Positions 12,783 through 27,344 are shown, counted from the first letter of the stretch. The stretch: DNA of 64,000 bases from Eledone cirrhosa (GCA_964016885.1 OZ024755.1:13144001-13208000), one strand, 5' to 3'. The notes: a model not told the origin generated them from the sequence alone. Made by a program: numbers and translations.

Positions 12783-14340
12783 ACATATATATATACAGTT
12801 TATTGTGCTCACTCTGTTTATCAGAGATCCTTAGATACATATAGGTCACTCCTGTTTTCCAAGTGCCTTGTGTTTATGTCACTTCCTTACATATTAACTT
12901 ATAACTTCTACATTCCAGTCTCTCTCTCCAATTTTATATATTTTCACAGTTCATATTTAACAACTCACTTTCTCTAACCCCTCTAATGAGAAACACAAAA
13001 CACTGGCTATGAGTTTGAAATAAATTTTTTTTAATAATCAAAGATTTGGAGAGATTTTAATAGCTGATTTTCTCATTATTTAGATGTTTTTTTTTAGTTT
13101 AATTTAGCAAAGGCTCTTGTATAAAATTATTATGGAAGTTTTTAGATGAATGGTATGGTATGGTTCCGTAACTCCTGATGGAGTCATAGGGGCGTTTCTT
13201 GGGCATTTAAGTCTGGCAGAGCCCATCCCTCTTCAGGCCTGAGTACAGCAGATTTCTTCCAGAGAAGGAAAGAAAGAAACAGAGAGGAAGTGAGAAAGAG
13301 ATATAAAGGAAGAATCGATCCCCAGTACTAGATTGGCACTTTTTTTATTGACCTCGAAAGAACGAAAGGCAAAATTGACCTCGGCGAGCAGAGAGCCAGA
13401 ACAAATACCATAAAGCATTCTATCTGATGTTCTAACGACTCTGCCAAGAAGAAGATGATGATAATGACGACGTTGACTATGATGATGATCATGACGATAA
13501 TATAAAACTAACAATTTTTTTTTAAATTCTAGATGAGTGGCCAAAAAAACTTATTGAAATTATAAATAATTGTGTGTGTGTGTACATGCATTAATATGTG
13601 TTTGTGTGTGTGCATGTATGTGTGTGCATGCATGTGTGTGTGTGTTTATGTGTGCATGTGTGTGATTGGGAGTAATGAGAGGGGACAGAAGAGAAGAGCA
13701 ATATAAAGAGACAGAGATAAAGTGTGAAAGGGTGAGTAATTACAACTTGAGAGAAGAGAGGAGAAGAAAAGAGTGAATAAATGAAAGAAAGAAAGGAGGA
13801 CAATACAGAAGACCTACAAAACCCAAGAACCTAAATACAGAACTATTTTAACCAAAACTAGAAATTCCCAGAGTAACTTAAGACCTTAGTTCTAAGTCAA
13901 ATGACCTATACATACAACTTGGTTTACTTTTATTTGTAGTTCAACAATTATAAAGTAAAACATCTTTGAAAATTCTGACATTTTAATCTAACTCCAGCTT
14001 TACTCAACTCTTGGCAAGGATGTGCAAATTATAAATTATATCACAGTTTTCAAAATGTCAATTACTTTGGGTATTATTATGAGGAAGTTACTATATACCT
14101 CACCCATCCTCTCCCTCAAAAAATAAAATTATCCTGGTAAAATGTCATAGAAATATCTTTTAAATAATCTATATTTCAATGTTGTTAATCAATAAATTTG
14201 TTATTTGTTTTCATTAATATAATGCAAATAATATATAAATGAACTTCCCTCCACTCGGTTCAACGTTGAATGTTGTAGTTGTTTGATCAACAAGATGGCT
14301 TTCTTGTTAAATTAACATACAAGTAGCCGAGTATCTCACA

Positions 14341-14542
14341 TACGAGGGTCAGCTGAAAAATTCATAGGCTGACCAAGATACTCTCATGGAATAACCAAAT
14401 GAGGTTTATTTTTCAACATAGTCCATGGAAAGAAACAATGCAGTTATTAATAAGAAGAGTTGAAATTAATGCATTCAAGATTTCACAGTTCTAGCATCAT
14501 TCCTCAATAGTCAGCCTATGAACCTTTCAGCCTACCCTCGTA
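14341..14542. mobile_element. mariner-type MITE (same family as 2012-2212)
   Basis: Same TIRs and internal sequence, TA flanks. Confidence 0.85.
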
Positions 14543-15787
14543 TGTATCATCATCACAATTTAATGTCTATTTTCCATGCTTGCATAGGTTAGATGGGCGT
14601 CATTTGGCCAAGACTTGTTCATACACACTGCTTTTGGCTTTGTTTTATGCAGCTGCATGCTCTTCATAATGCCAACCACTTTACAGTGTGGACTAGGTGC
14701 TTTTTTGTGACACCAGCTCAATTACTGTACAGAGTGGACTGGGTGCTTTTTTGTGGCACCAGCACAATCACTGTACAGAGTGGACTGGATGCTCTTCATA
14801 ATGTCAACCACTTTGAAGTGTGTATGTGGAGCTGGCGACTTTGCTGGAAGTATAAGGGCCACATCATGGAGTCAGATGGCCTTGTCAGGAGAAGGACATG
14901 GTGACATCATGTAACAGCAGGAATCTTCTCTATAAGGAACAAGTTGTCTTCTCAGAGCTTCCATTACAGTTTTGGGATGGGGTAGGGGTGGCTTAAGTAT
15001 ATATACTGTACATCTGTATTATTATTATTATTATTAAAGTAAAGCACCAGTAATGCACTGGGGTAGTTGCTGGCCTTGTGCCAAAAGTAGAAATATTACT
15101 TTACACATATTTTGCAAACCTTATGAGAACTCTGAGAGATATCTTGCTCATCAAGTTTCACACTAAAATACGGAAAATAATATTTTTTTCCCACAAATAC
15201 AGTGACATTTTCCCTCTTTATTGTTTTCTTTCTACAAAATATATTTACCACAAATATATCAGATTGCATTAGAATTATTTAATCAGCTTCTTCATGATGA
15301 ACTCATATTAATCTGCAAAAAAGATTATATTTAACATAAGATTATATTTAAAACTAGATGGGATAAAAACAATGCTAAATATTAAAAAGATAAACTTAAT
15401 CCTTTTGTATTCATTAGTAACTGTAGGTCATATTAAGGTAAAACCATTAAGCGAGGGGGTTATACAATTTCTCAAAAACTAGAGTTAATTTGGCAAGACT
15501 ATAGTCATTTTTAAATTCAGCACCAACAAAATACCTTCAGTTTTTCCAAATACTTTTAGTGTTATATATCTACACACATCCATATATGTGTGTCTGTGCA
15601 CGTGCACATGTGTATGTGTGTCCTGGTTAGAATAGGTACACTATATCCTTGTGTGTTGTAAGAAGTAACTAAAAGGGTTAGTGTCAGGAAAGGCAAACAA
15701 CTATAAAACATTGCTTCAAAAAGTTTCACTGAACCCATGCCAACATGGAAAATTTAACAGAAAACAATATATATATATATATATATA

Positions 15788-16080
15788 TATAGGGAAAAAA
15801 GGGGAAATCGAAAATGCAACTGGGGTTTTTTTAAGAATATTTATTTGGTTCCATTACCGGTTTCGCAGTTCTTATGCTTTTCAAAAGTAGAATTGAGATG
15901 GAGGGTTTGTGGTTTTTCTCAATCACAAACCTTCCATCTCAATTCTACCTTTGAAAAGCATAAGAACTGCGAAACCGGTAAAGGAACCAAATAAATATTC
16001 TTAAAAAGACTCCAGTTGCATTTTCGATTTCACCTTTTTTCCTTATACTTTCACTCATGTAGGACATCTCATTTTTTTTT
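15788..16080 (+). mobile_element. foldback element (~125 bp inverted arms plus short 3' tail) carrying a variant hammerhead; Penelope-like remnant
   Basis: Arms ~15788-15914 and ~15921-16047 differ at 8 positions. Preceded by (TA)n. Contains TTGAAAA-GCA-loop-TGC-GAAA-CCGG-TA at 15951-15980. Confidence 0.7.
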
Positions 16081-16636
16081 TCATTTTGGAAAAAAAAATT
16101 CATTTTCTAATAGTGCTGGTGATAACACTGGACCTTTAAATTACATCCAACAGGCTTCCAAACAGTTTCTATCTAACTAATTTCATTCACAGGGCTTCGA
16201 TTGAATATGCACTTGTCCAAAATGCCATGCCGTGAAATCAAACACGGATTCTCATGATTGTGAAGCAAACTTCCTAACCATAGATAAATATATATTAAAA
16301 AAAGTTGATGGGAATAGGAAAATATTGTCAAGCAAAAAACAAATTACATAAAGAAATATATTATAAAAAATGTTTTTTTAAAAAAAGTAGAGTGCGAAGG
16401 GAGATAACTCTCGACTGCTAACACATTTTCTACCTTGACCTTTTTTTCACCAGAAGTCTTGTTTGTAGTCGTGTTGAGGCAGCCAAAAACAGATCCTCCT
16501 CCTCCATAGTTCTCCCGCCGCCACCACCACCAACTATACTTCTCTTCTAACCACCACCACCACCAACTTCTCTTCTACAACTTACCCTCCCCACTATCTA
16601 AAAAGAGAGAAAGAAAGAAAAAAAACCTTAGCTAAC

Positions 16637-16699
16637 ATGCAACCCTACCGGATCATTAAAAAGATGATGTCGTCAGGCAAAGTTATCAAAGATTATCTG
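16637..16699 (+). CDS. APEH: APEH candidate first coding exon 1a (MQPYRIIKKMMSSGKVIKDYL)
   Basis: ATG at 16637, 21 open codons, donor CTG|GTAAGA in phase 0 matching exon 2, in locally CpG-containing sequence. No homology support, so this is an inference. Confidence 0.55.
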
Positions 16700-17540
16700 G
16701 TAAGAACAGCCACTATTTATGATATACCTGCATTCATTTAACTGATCTCGGCAACATTTTAAAGCTTATTTATTCCTCCTCCTACTTTTCTTGCTGTTTT
16801 TAAGATTTTTCTGTTCACCTTCCGCGTGTTCTTTCTTCACTTATATGTTGTTTCTTTTTTTTTTTTTTTAAATTTAATTATTTTCATCTGTTTTGTTGCT
16901 GTTGTTAGTTCTCTCTATCTGCTATGGTTAGCACCGTTGTTTGGCACTCGCTTCTTCTGTATTTGTTGTTTAAGAACATCTACTTTCTCAGTTCTATCCA
17001 GGCTGTTGTGTTTACGTACACATTTAATCATTTGAACTATTAAAATCTGTACACAATTATTCAATTACCGAACAAACCACAGCAAAAATTTTTTTTTTTA
17101 ATTAAAAAAAAAACGAAATCAAATAAAATAACAACAACAACTTTTAAAATGTTAGAGGTTACGGACACTTTATTGCCTGCATATTATTTAAAGTCGTCTA
17201 TTCGTTATTTCATTTGAGCTGAAAATCTGTTATGGAAATGCATGAACATCACATTTTCTTATTTGTTCTCTTCTTTTACTATGTGTCTTAGTGCTTAACT
17301 CAACATTAAGGATGAGAAATATTCTTAAATCAACACATCACTGCATTATATATATATAACGATATTATGTAGGTGTTCGTGTCTGTCAATCAGAATCGCA
17401 GATTACAGATAAATATATTGTTTATTCATGTACAACAACAAATAGAACACCCACATTTTACGCCCACTCACTCAATACATACACACGCATATATATGCAC
17501 ACACACACATATATGCACACACACATATATGAATACACAC

Positions 17541-17586
<46 letters not shown>

Positions 17587-18087
17587 GTGTATGTATATAT
17601 ACGTGCTGTATTTTACTAAAAATTATTTCAGTAGTCAATTTACTCTAATTTCAGCAGAACGTCAACATTTGTTTTCGCCAAAGAATTGTTGTAGAACAAA
17701 TAAACTATAAGTTTTTAAAAAAGCATCTTGTGAAAATATGGCATTTTTTCCTAAAAGACGATTTGTTTTGATTACCTCATAGACATTTGGAATATAATCA
17801 CAGACACACACACAACGCTGTATATACATATATACGTGTGTTCCCAAGATCTTAACTTAATGTTAAAGTGTCCATGTCGACGAGGCATTAACGTTATTGA
17901 GAGTCAATGTTGTTCTTTGCTTATATTTATTTTTCTAATATATATAAACACAAACACACATATATATATATGCACACACATACTCACACATATGTGTGTG
18001 TGCGCGCGTGTGTGGCACAAAGCCTTAATTTCTAAAACCAAAAGGGAGGTTGAAACCGGATCGCAAACCCAGTTCATAGAGAGTATA

Positions 18088-18130
<43 letters not shown>

Positions 18131-19619
18131 TGTATGTGTGTGTGAATTATGGGGAATAATTACCCAACCAGACTTCCATAAAACGTATACATAGATACAC
18201 ATATCGTTTCTTTTTCATCAAATCACTTTCATTTGGAAGATTTCATATACATTTCACTTTTTCAACAAAAGTTTTTTTCTTCTTTTTTTTTATTGTCATC
18301 TCTCGACGAGAAGACTGTTATAATCATCAGGGGTTATAATCATCAACTAGGGAGAAGAAAGAACTGACTTTGAATGATGCATTTTAATGTGAAAAATATA
18401 TTCTAGCCGGTTATAATCTTTCTTCATAGCCTCTAATACACCACATATGAAGGGCTTGCGAAGGACATGAGCACTGTCCCTTCCATCTCATATCATACAA
18501 AACCAATATATTTATATATATATATATTATGAATGCTTACGTAAATATATGAACTTTCTAATACTCGGGAGATAATTGATTTGTGGTTTGTTCGAGCAGA
18601 TCCATGATCAAAAGCATTCCAACCGTAAACAAGCTGTCTTTTTTATTTCGTGATATATATGAGACTGCATTAATAAAGTACCAGTAATGCACTAGGATAA
18701 TTGCTGGCCTTGTGCCAAAAGTAGAAACAATTATCTAATGTGTCGTTCTCATATTTAAGATGGTATTGTGTGGTTTGAGGCTAATTGGCTGTTATTTCTA
18801 GTAGGGCGAGTGGCCGCTTTGAAGCGCGCATGTTGAGAAGATTTAGCAAATTTATTGTATTTTTTAAAAGAAACTTCAACTATTGTATTGCACTTTTTGG
18901 TATGGTATATGAAGTTGCCATCATATTTATTAAGCCTTACTTTACAATTTCACTAATTTAGTGTTTTATATATACACCATATTGTATAAGTCTTTGATAG
19001 TTCCTAATCCAGTTGACAAAAAACGACCTTCCAAATTCAGGTGTGATCGTACTTTGCAGTAAAACTTTAATAGCCCTCATTACAACCGCTGGTTCATTAC
19101 TTTTGGTCACCATTGTGTACGTATGTGAAGTAGCATGTTTTGATAGATCTGAAAAAATGGTGGTGGGAAATAATGTTTCGAATAAGTTATAATTGTAGTT
19201 TAGTCCCAGATCAGCCCTGACTATGTCGTCTTCTTTTTTTTTTCACCACCAGTGTACCCTTCACAGTATTATCCAATGTGTCCTTTTTAAGGGTGCTATT
19301 TTAAAGAAGATTCTGGTTGCTATTTCTTACATGTCAAGCGACCAGCCTGAGTCTTTCACATTGTATTAAGTTCTATCACTGCAAACCATAGCTCTCAAAT
19401 TCTAGTGATTATCCTAGGTGTAATAACATTCTTCCATTATTCCCGATCGTTTACACAAGACTTTTAAGTTATTTGGACTAAATCACCTTTTAATTGCTCT
19501 TTGTAATCCGTCACCTATTAGCTTTATACCTTGAGATGTGACAATATCATACGTGCACGCACCACACACGAACCTGTAAATGTATATATTTATACAAACT
19601 ACACACAGATATATATATA

Positions 19620-19663
<44 letters not shown>

Positions 19664-20119
19664 GTAGTTAATCCTTTACGTAGCCAACTTACCACTTTCG
19701 ATTTAAAGTTAGTTCAAACAAATCCAACACTTTATTATCATTATATTTCCTTTATAGTGTCAAACAAACAGACTGTTAATAAAATAAAGAAACAAGCATA
19801 AAACATTTTTCGTATTTCTTTGGTTAGCTTCATTTGTAATGGAGAAAGTTTGTTTAAACTTCACGTTGAAGGATCGTGAAACTTGTCTCAGCTCTCGTTA
19901 GTCCCTTTTCTTTTGTTCCTGTTTTGGGTTTTATTCTGGGCTTTTTTTTTTCTTTATAGTTTGCCTACACTAACCTCCACTCGGTAAACAATTTGTGCGA
20001 ATTAAATTATATAATGTTTGCAATAAAAAAAAAGATAAGAAGAAAAATGTAATAACGAAAGTAAGGAGGATGGAGGAGATAGCGACTAACTCTGCTTAAG
20101 TCAGTCTATTCCCCAGTCT

Positions 20120-20314
20120 ATGCGGTATATCTCAGCTGCTCCCCGCGGACAAAATGGCGAAGGCATTCATTGCCTCGATGAACAACCAGCGACGCCCGCG
20201 GCATCAGCTGCTCCACATCTCGGGAGCCCCTTTCCTCAGCTGGGATGCATTCCTCCCAATTTTGCGGAGGAAAACGGCAGTTTGGAGACCGGGGACACCT
20301 CATCAACAGATTTG
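20120..20314 (+). CDS. APEH: APEH candidate alternative first exon 1b (65 codons, MRYISAAPRG...TSSTDL)
   Basis: GC/CpG-rich island, Inr-like TCAGTC at 20101-20106, ATG at 20120, donor TTG|GTCAGT at 20315 in phase 0 matching exon 2. Confidence 0.5.
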
Positions 20315-20654
20315 GTCAGTTTTCTCTGCTACTGTGTGTGCCATATGTCAAAAGAATGATGAATAACAAGTCACTGAAAGGTTCATATATAAATGCAAAC
20401 ACCGACCCAACCAATAGTACCCCTGTTAAAGTATTCAAAATTTTAAATTATAGACAATATTAGATTTCTGTAAAATATTTGTCTTATTAATTTGAACATT
20501 AGTTATATCACTAAACTTCTCATAATTAACTTGATTACTTTGATAATTAAAACACAAATGTGGTATATTTTCGTTACAAAAATGGTGATGACAGGATTAA
20601 TATTTTATAGCTATATGTAAGAGTTTAACAGCTGGAATAATGATGGGATAGCCA

Positions 20655-20900
20655 GTGTGTTATGTAATTAGTGTGTTGTGTAGTCACTGTATTGTGTGAC
20701 TCTGTTGTGGGACTGTATTGTGTAGTCAGTGTTGTGGGACTGTATTGTGTAGTCATTGTGTTGTGGGACTATTGTGTAGTCAGTGTTATGTAGTCACTGT
20801 GTCTGTGGAACTCTGTTGTCTAGTCACTGTGTTGTGGGACTATTGTGTAATCAGTGTGTTGTAGGATTGAGTTGTGTGGTCAATGTGTTATGTAGCTGTA
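20655..20900. repeat. degenerate ~15 bp repeat (TGTGTTGTGTAGTCAC-like)
   Basis: Direct reading. Confidence 0.75.
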
Positions 20901-21371
20901 GTATAGGACTAGGTTGTTATGGTTGTTAAACACAGTTTTCAAAGTTCCAGTTTATGGAATATGTGAAAGTATGAGTTAAGCTTGTGTCAAAACTGTGTGA
21001 GTTAAACTGGAGTCAAATATGTGTGAGAGACAAAGAATATGTAATATTATCTATACAAATGTGTATGTTGTTATCTGTGATAGTAAGTTGTTTATTGAGA
21101 GCAATGATCCTCAATGTTAAGATTATGATCCAAATTAGGTAATAATATAATTCTGGAAAGGTTATGAAGACAAAATTTTTTTCTTTTTAAATATTTGATA
21201 ACATGTAAAATGTTTTTGAAAAGTTTAAATAATAAGCTATAGCAGCATAAACATCACAGCACAACATGTTTTCTTCAAACAATAGCTGAGGAATATTCCA
21301 TCAAGAAAAGTCTCAAATGTTAAGTTTGGGGGCAATTTTAAGATAAGCTTAATGTAGATATCACTACTATT

Positions 21372-21680
21372 TGACTGCTTTGTCAAACACGGATCAAGGC
21401 TTTAGTGATGTTAACAGACCACTTTGTCAAACATGGAATCAAGGCTTTAGTGATGTTAACAGACCATTTTATCAAACATGGATCAATGCTTTGGTGATGT
21501 TAACAGACCACTTTGTCAAACATGAATCAAAAATTTGAAGTCAGTAGACCATTTTGTCAAACATGGGTCAAGACTTTACTGATATTAATAGGTCACTTTG
21601 TCAAGCATGGATCAAAAGTTTGCAGTCAGTAGACCACTTTGTCAGACATGGATAAAGACTGCTGAAATTAACTGGTCACT
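21372..21680. repeat. ~44 bp tandem repeat, ~7 copies
   Basis: Recurrent GACCACTTTGTCAAACATGGATCAA. Confidence 0.85.
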
Positions 21681-24245
21681 AATTTTGTTTTAATAATCGA
21701 GGAGAAGAGGATCTATTTGTTCTGAGGTTAAGGTGCTAGACTTTGTTATTTGATCAAGAATTAAAACCTCAACTACAGCTATATGTGTGGGTGTAAGATA
21801 TAACTGTTTAACTAAAAAATAGGTTCAATTATTGAAAGGGTATCCAACTGTAAAAAGAATTACTTCAGCAAAATGTTCAAATCGGTAAAAAAAACTCTAT
21901 GCTTGTATAGAATTTTTGCATCAGTTTTTTTTTTTCATGCTTGTATGGGCTGGCTACATCTGATATCTTTTATACCCAGTTTTTCTTTCAACTCATCTAT
22001 GCCTTGTTGCTCATGCACACTAACATTGGAGATCCAACAGAACATGCTCACTTCATTTCTACCCAGTTTGAAGAAAACTTGGTAGGTTATTTTATGTGTC
22101 ACTAAATAAACAATTCTCTGTATTTCAACATTTAAGAGGTTCCTATATATTTGGTGTTTATTAGTGTAGAAGCAGATGTTGGCTGTTATAAGATACTGTG
22201 TTATATGATATTTGATAATTTCACTGGTGTCCAGTTGAGGCCTACAGCTGGCTGGCCAACATATATGAATGTTGACCTACCAACGTAAGTCTCAGTTTGT
22301 TCCACTTTGATCAATAGAATTCTCTTAAGTCAATAGAATTCTCTTATGTAACTCTGATCTGGCTGTACAAAAAGATATCAAGTGACCATGTGTTTTTTGT
22401 TAGCTTGCAATGCTGGGTTCAAATTCTTTCCCAAAGTAGTTGTTTCTGTTTATCTCAAATGAGTGAGATAAATGTAATTCCCCATTTGAATTAAACTAAG
22501 AATATCATACAATGTGTACAATATTATACAAACATATATATGTGTGTCATCATCATCATCATCATCATCGTTTAACGTCCATCTTCCACGCTTGCATGGG
22601 TTTGGACGTGTGTACAATATCACACGCTTGGTAATATGTACAATATCATACTTTCACAAAGGGTTTTTGGTGCCCATGCTGTGTAGTGAACAGCCACAAA
22701 CGCAGACACCCTCTCATCCTTAACTCCTTTGATCTAGCAGAACATTTAAGATGTGATAGATAGAAGGCTGCACTAGGAGTGATTTGAGGGTGAATTGGCT
22801 ACCATTTCTAACATGATGATTGACTGTCTAGAGGCATCCTCATTGGTCTATTATGGTTTGTTAAAGATAGATGTGTCGGTACAAAGAGATTTTTGTAAGA
22901 TATTATGCATGGTCATATAGTTTCAGGTTCAAATCACTCTGGAGTACCTAGGACTTGTTTCTTCTGTAATCTGGAGTACCTGGGACGTGTTTCTTCTACA
23001 ATAGCCTCAGGTTGACCACAACCTTGTCAGTAAATTTTTGTTGACAAAAACCGTTGTGTGTGTTTGTGTGTGCATGCATCTGGCTCTATATGTCTTCCCA
23101 TTGACACCACTTAAGAAAGTGGTGCCATTTGCTTATGTCTGACATAATATATTCTGCAGTTTAGTACTTTGAGAGATGATCAATGGAATAAGTACCATAC
23201 TTTAAAATAAAGTATGGGTTGGCATCAGGAAGGGCATCCAACAATAGAATTCTGACTCAAAAATATGTCTTGGCTAACTCATGCCAAATTGGGGAAAAAA
23301 TATGTAAAAACAATGGTGTGATTTGAGGGTGATTTGGCTGCTCTTTCTGTCATGTTGTTAGATAAACTGTGTAGTGGTAGCCTTATTAGTTTATGTAGAT
23401 TAGTTTGTAAAAGATAGGTATGTCTGTGTGAACAGCTTTTTGTAAGACAATATGGCATGATTTTGACTGCTATTTCTACCATGTTGGTTCATACATATTG
23501 TGGCTTGTAAAAGACGGGTGTGTCGGTGAAAACAAGTTTTTGGTAAGAAGGACAGACTTGCTAGCTCATGTGTATTAAGGTGTGTAAAAGATAGCTATTT
23601 CTATCTGAACAGTTTTTAAAGACAGTATGGTGTTATTTGAGGGTGATTTTTTGGCTACTATTTCTACGAAGCTAATTGACTATGTGGGGGGTGAGGGCAT
23701 CCTCCGTAGGTCATATATATTACGGTTTGTAAAAGATAGGTGTGTCTGATTGTGTGAATACCTTTAAATTTCCTCTTCTGTTATTTCTGTATGAAAGGTT
23801 ATCTCATTTTACCTACTACACCTGCTCACAGCAGTAGAGTGTTGGCAAAGACTGGAATATTGGCGCTACTTTGGATAGTATTTCTTCTAATTCTGTATTT
23901 GTATATCTCTTTGCTAGCTTACAAACCCCATTACAACTATCTGAATAAATGGAAAGGGCATGAAGGGAGAGGGTATTTTTTCTGGAAGTTTGTATCTCAT
24001 TTAGTTAAGATTCTATTAGGCCATATGGTTTATATGCCAACACCTTTCCCTTATATTTCTATTTACATATTCGACTAATTTAAAACTAAGCCTATATAAT
24101 GCTCCTTAAACATCTTAATTCTCAGCTACATGTCTGTAATTTATTTTGTATGAACTAATTTCTTTTCATTGTGTACTGTTAATTTAAATGTTTACATGCA
24201 TATAAAAAAATATTAAGTGCATCTTCAAATCTTTATTATTTTCCC

Positions 24246-24324
<79 letters not shown>

Positions 24325-24788
24325 TCAGTCTGAGACAAGACATGGTTGGATAACCACATTTGTTCATATGTTCCACATTTTGCTTAGTTTCTAGGGCGAG
24401 ATGCCTTTTCTAAAGTCAACCACTTTACAGGGTGTACTGGGTGCAAAATGTTGGCAAAAGGACAGTTTATTTATTTTTTGTTGTGTTTAAAATGACAAAA
24501 TCCATGTGGTCATTTCTTTATGCGCCCTGCCATATCCCAGTCTTTATTATGGTCAGTTATCTAATCAGTATTGTTTGTTTTTGTTTGTCCTACAAATACT
24601 CTCCCAGATGCTGGTTGTTGGTGCTCCCCCATCCACCTATTCCCATTAACCACCCCTTCCACCTCCATATACTTACTATTGACTGCTCCCTTTAGTTCCC
24701 ATCAACTACTCCTACCCTTACTTTGCTGTAATTCAGCCTCGCTCATGACAACTCTGCTAACTCAATTTGAACTGATCTTTTCTTAGCC

Positions 24789-24848
<60 letters not shown>

Positions 24849-26059
24849 ACATTTTTTTTTGAGGAATTTCCTTCCTCCATCTCTGTTGTATAATTGTATA
24901 ATTTCTCCTTTACTATCCTTCACAGTTCTTGTTCCTTTTCCTCTTTTCTCACTTCCTCTCCTTCCTTCACGCCATTTCAATCATGTCCTTCAAGCAAATT
25001 TGCAAATGAGGAATCTACTTTTACGCAGAGAATTGCCATGTGGTATTTATCTGTGCAATAAAGACAATCTGTCTAGGATCTTGGTCACTCTAAAATGTAA
25101 ATGACTAACACAGGGTAATGAGTCTCAGAGAAATGTAAAATAACCTCTCTAGAATTGATTCCATAAACAAAAACTCAATATAATTAATTTAATTTGACAT
25201 CATCTCTAAAATTATGGAGTGTTTAGTAGAGTTTGCAATGTTACAAGAATTCAAATCAGGAGCTTGCTTTGAGGTTAATATAATCTTTCAAGATGCCCCA
25301 TTTAAATACAACTTTGCTTACACTGGGGTTGATTCTTCCTCTATATCTCTCTCACTTTCTTTTTCTTGCTTTCTATCCTTCTTTGGAAGAAATTTACTGT
25401 GTTCAGACTTGGAGAGAGATGGGCTTTGCCAGGCTTAAAATCCTCAAGAAATGCTGTATACCACTATGACTCCCTACGACTCCATCAAGAGTTATGTTAT
25501 GGGACCATACATAAGTACATACACACTCAGAGAATGAAGCGAAGTGATTCTGACCCTTTTCAAGGCATTTGAGACTGATAAGCCCTTAAACACTAGTATT
25601 TTGAGTCAGGAGACGAGTACCCAGTTTACTCACAAGGCTTGGGGTTACCTGTGATTATGGTAAAGACAATTACCCAAGATTCCACACAGTGGAGTTAAAA
25701 CCCAGCGCTTCATAATGGCAAAGTGACACTTGTAAAAACATGTGTGCATGAATATATTTCATTTGTGTGTATGAGTATATCATCATCATCATCATTGTTT
25801 AACATCCACTTTCCCTGCTAACAAGGGTTGGGTGGGGCTACATAGACCAAGTCAGTACTGAATAGGGGCTACTGATCTCCCAGACAGGTCAGGAATCTGT
25901 GCCTCACTTATGTACGGTCTCATGTTCCACTGAGTGCACAGGAGAGGTTGTCATGTCGTTGACATAACTGAAGGTCTCCCCTGTGTGAGTATGTATGTAT
26001 ATATATATATATATATATACATACATATATATATACATCATCATCATCATCATTATTAT

Positions 26060-26225
26060 TTTATGTCCGCTTTTCCCTGTTTGCAAGGGTGGGATGAGTC
26101 CTATTCAGCACAGGCATCTCTCCATTCATCACGGCCCTTCCTCATCTCCTCTGTGAGCTTCAGCGATCTGAGGTCAGCTCTCACCACCTCCACCCATGAT
26201 TTTCATGGTCTTCCTCTACTGCGTC
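26060..26225 (-). mobile_element. RTE LINE 3' fragment
   Basis: SRGRP*KSWVEVVRADLRSLKLTEEMRKGRDEWRDAC, followed by an (ATG)n tail. Confidence 0.7.
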
Positions 26226-27344
26226 TATCTATATAGGCCTTAAGAATCGGTATTTACCATCTTCTTGTAAGTTCAATGCTTGCCTTCCAGCTTTTCTTGT
26301 GCCTATTATATATTTATATATCTACACATGGTCATGGATACAGTTTGTCTAGCTACTATTAACTGAAGTGTATCCTCTGATCGGTTCGTTTTGCAACTGT
26401 TATGTCATCGAGTGATTGCCAGACAATATGATCAATATTTTGTGTATTGATCAAAATTATTCTTATATATATATATGTGTGTGTGTGTATCTATATATGT
26501 GTGTGCTTATCATCAGCATTAACATCATGTATACATATATTTATCAGGGAAAGGATATATTTGTGGTAAATTTAATGCAATGATACATGTTGATATCGCT
26601 GTATTTTGGCACCAGTGTGTAATTATTGTCTGTAGAACTGGCCTGTAGCCAACACAGAATCTCTGGAGCTTTTAAAAATATTTTTCTAGAATGTGAAACT
26701 TTGCATTGCATTATGGGTACATTTTACATTTCATTTGTTTTTAATTCATTAAATTTTTTAATAAATTTTCACATTCTAGCATGGGTTTAATGTTTCTACA
26801 AATTTCATAATTTACTTTATTTACACACACAAAGAAAAACAATTCATAGCTATGCTAATTATCACAAAGAACCAACAATTAATAATGTTTCTAGTCACTT
26901 AAACCTTACTGCCTCCATTCAGTCAGTATAAATATTGCAATAAGTACCATGGATAGGCATAATTTACCACTAAAATATTCAGTCATTGAAATATATAAAG
27001 TTTGTGGTTAGATACATGTATGCAACTTATCTATTGGATATATAAAACCTGAATTTAGAATAAATACATTGTAAAGGTATGTAAAATGGACTTCTACATG
27101 AGTATGTCAGTATGCATATGGAAAACAGACATTAAATGGTGATTATGATCATGATGAGGACGATGATATACAACAAGAGTTTTAAGGCTATTTTCCCTGC
27201 TAAATCAAAGGTTAACCATGCAGAGCCTTTCATAACAGGCTTCACACTCATCTTAGGGTCATTTTTGAGACAAGGTTTTGCCTTGAATCTTATCTGAAAT
27301 TATTTCAATGTCTGTCCAGGTCATAAGTCATTGCTTTTATTTTA

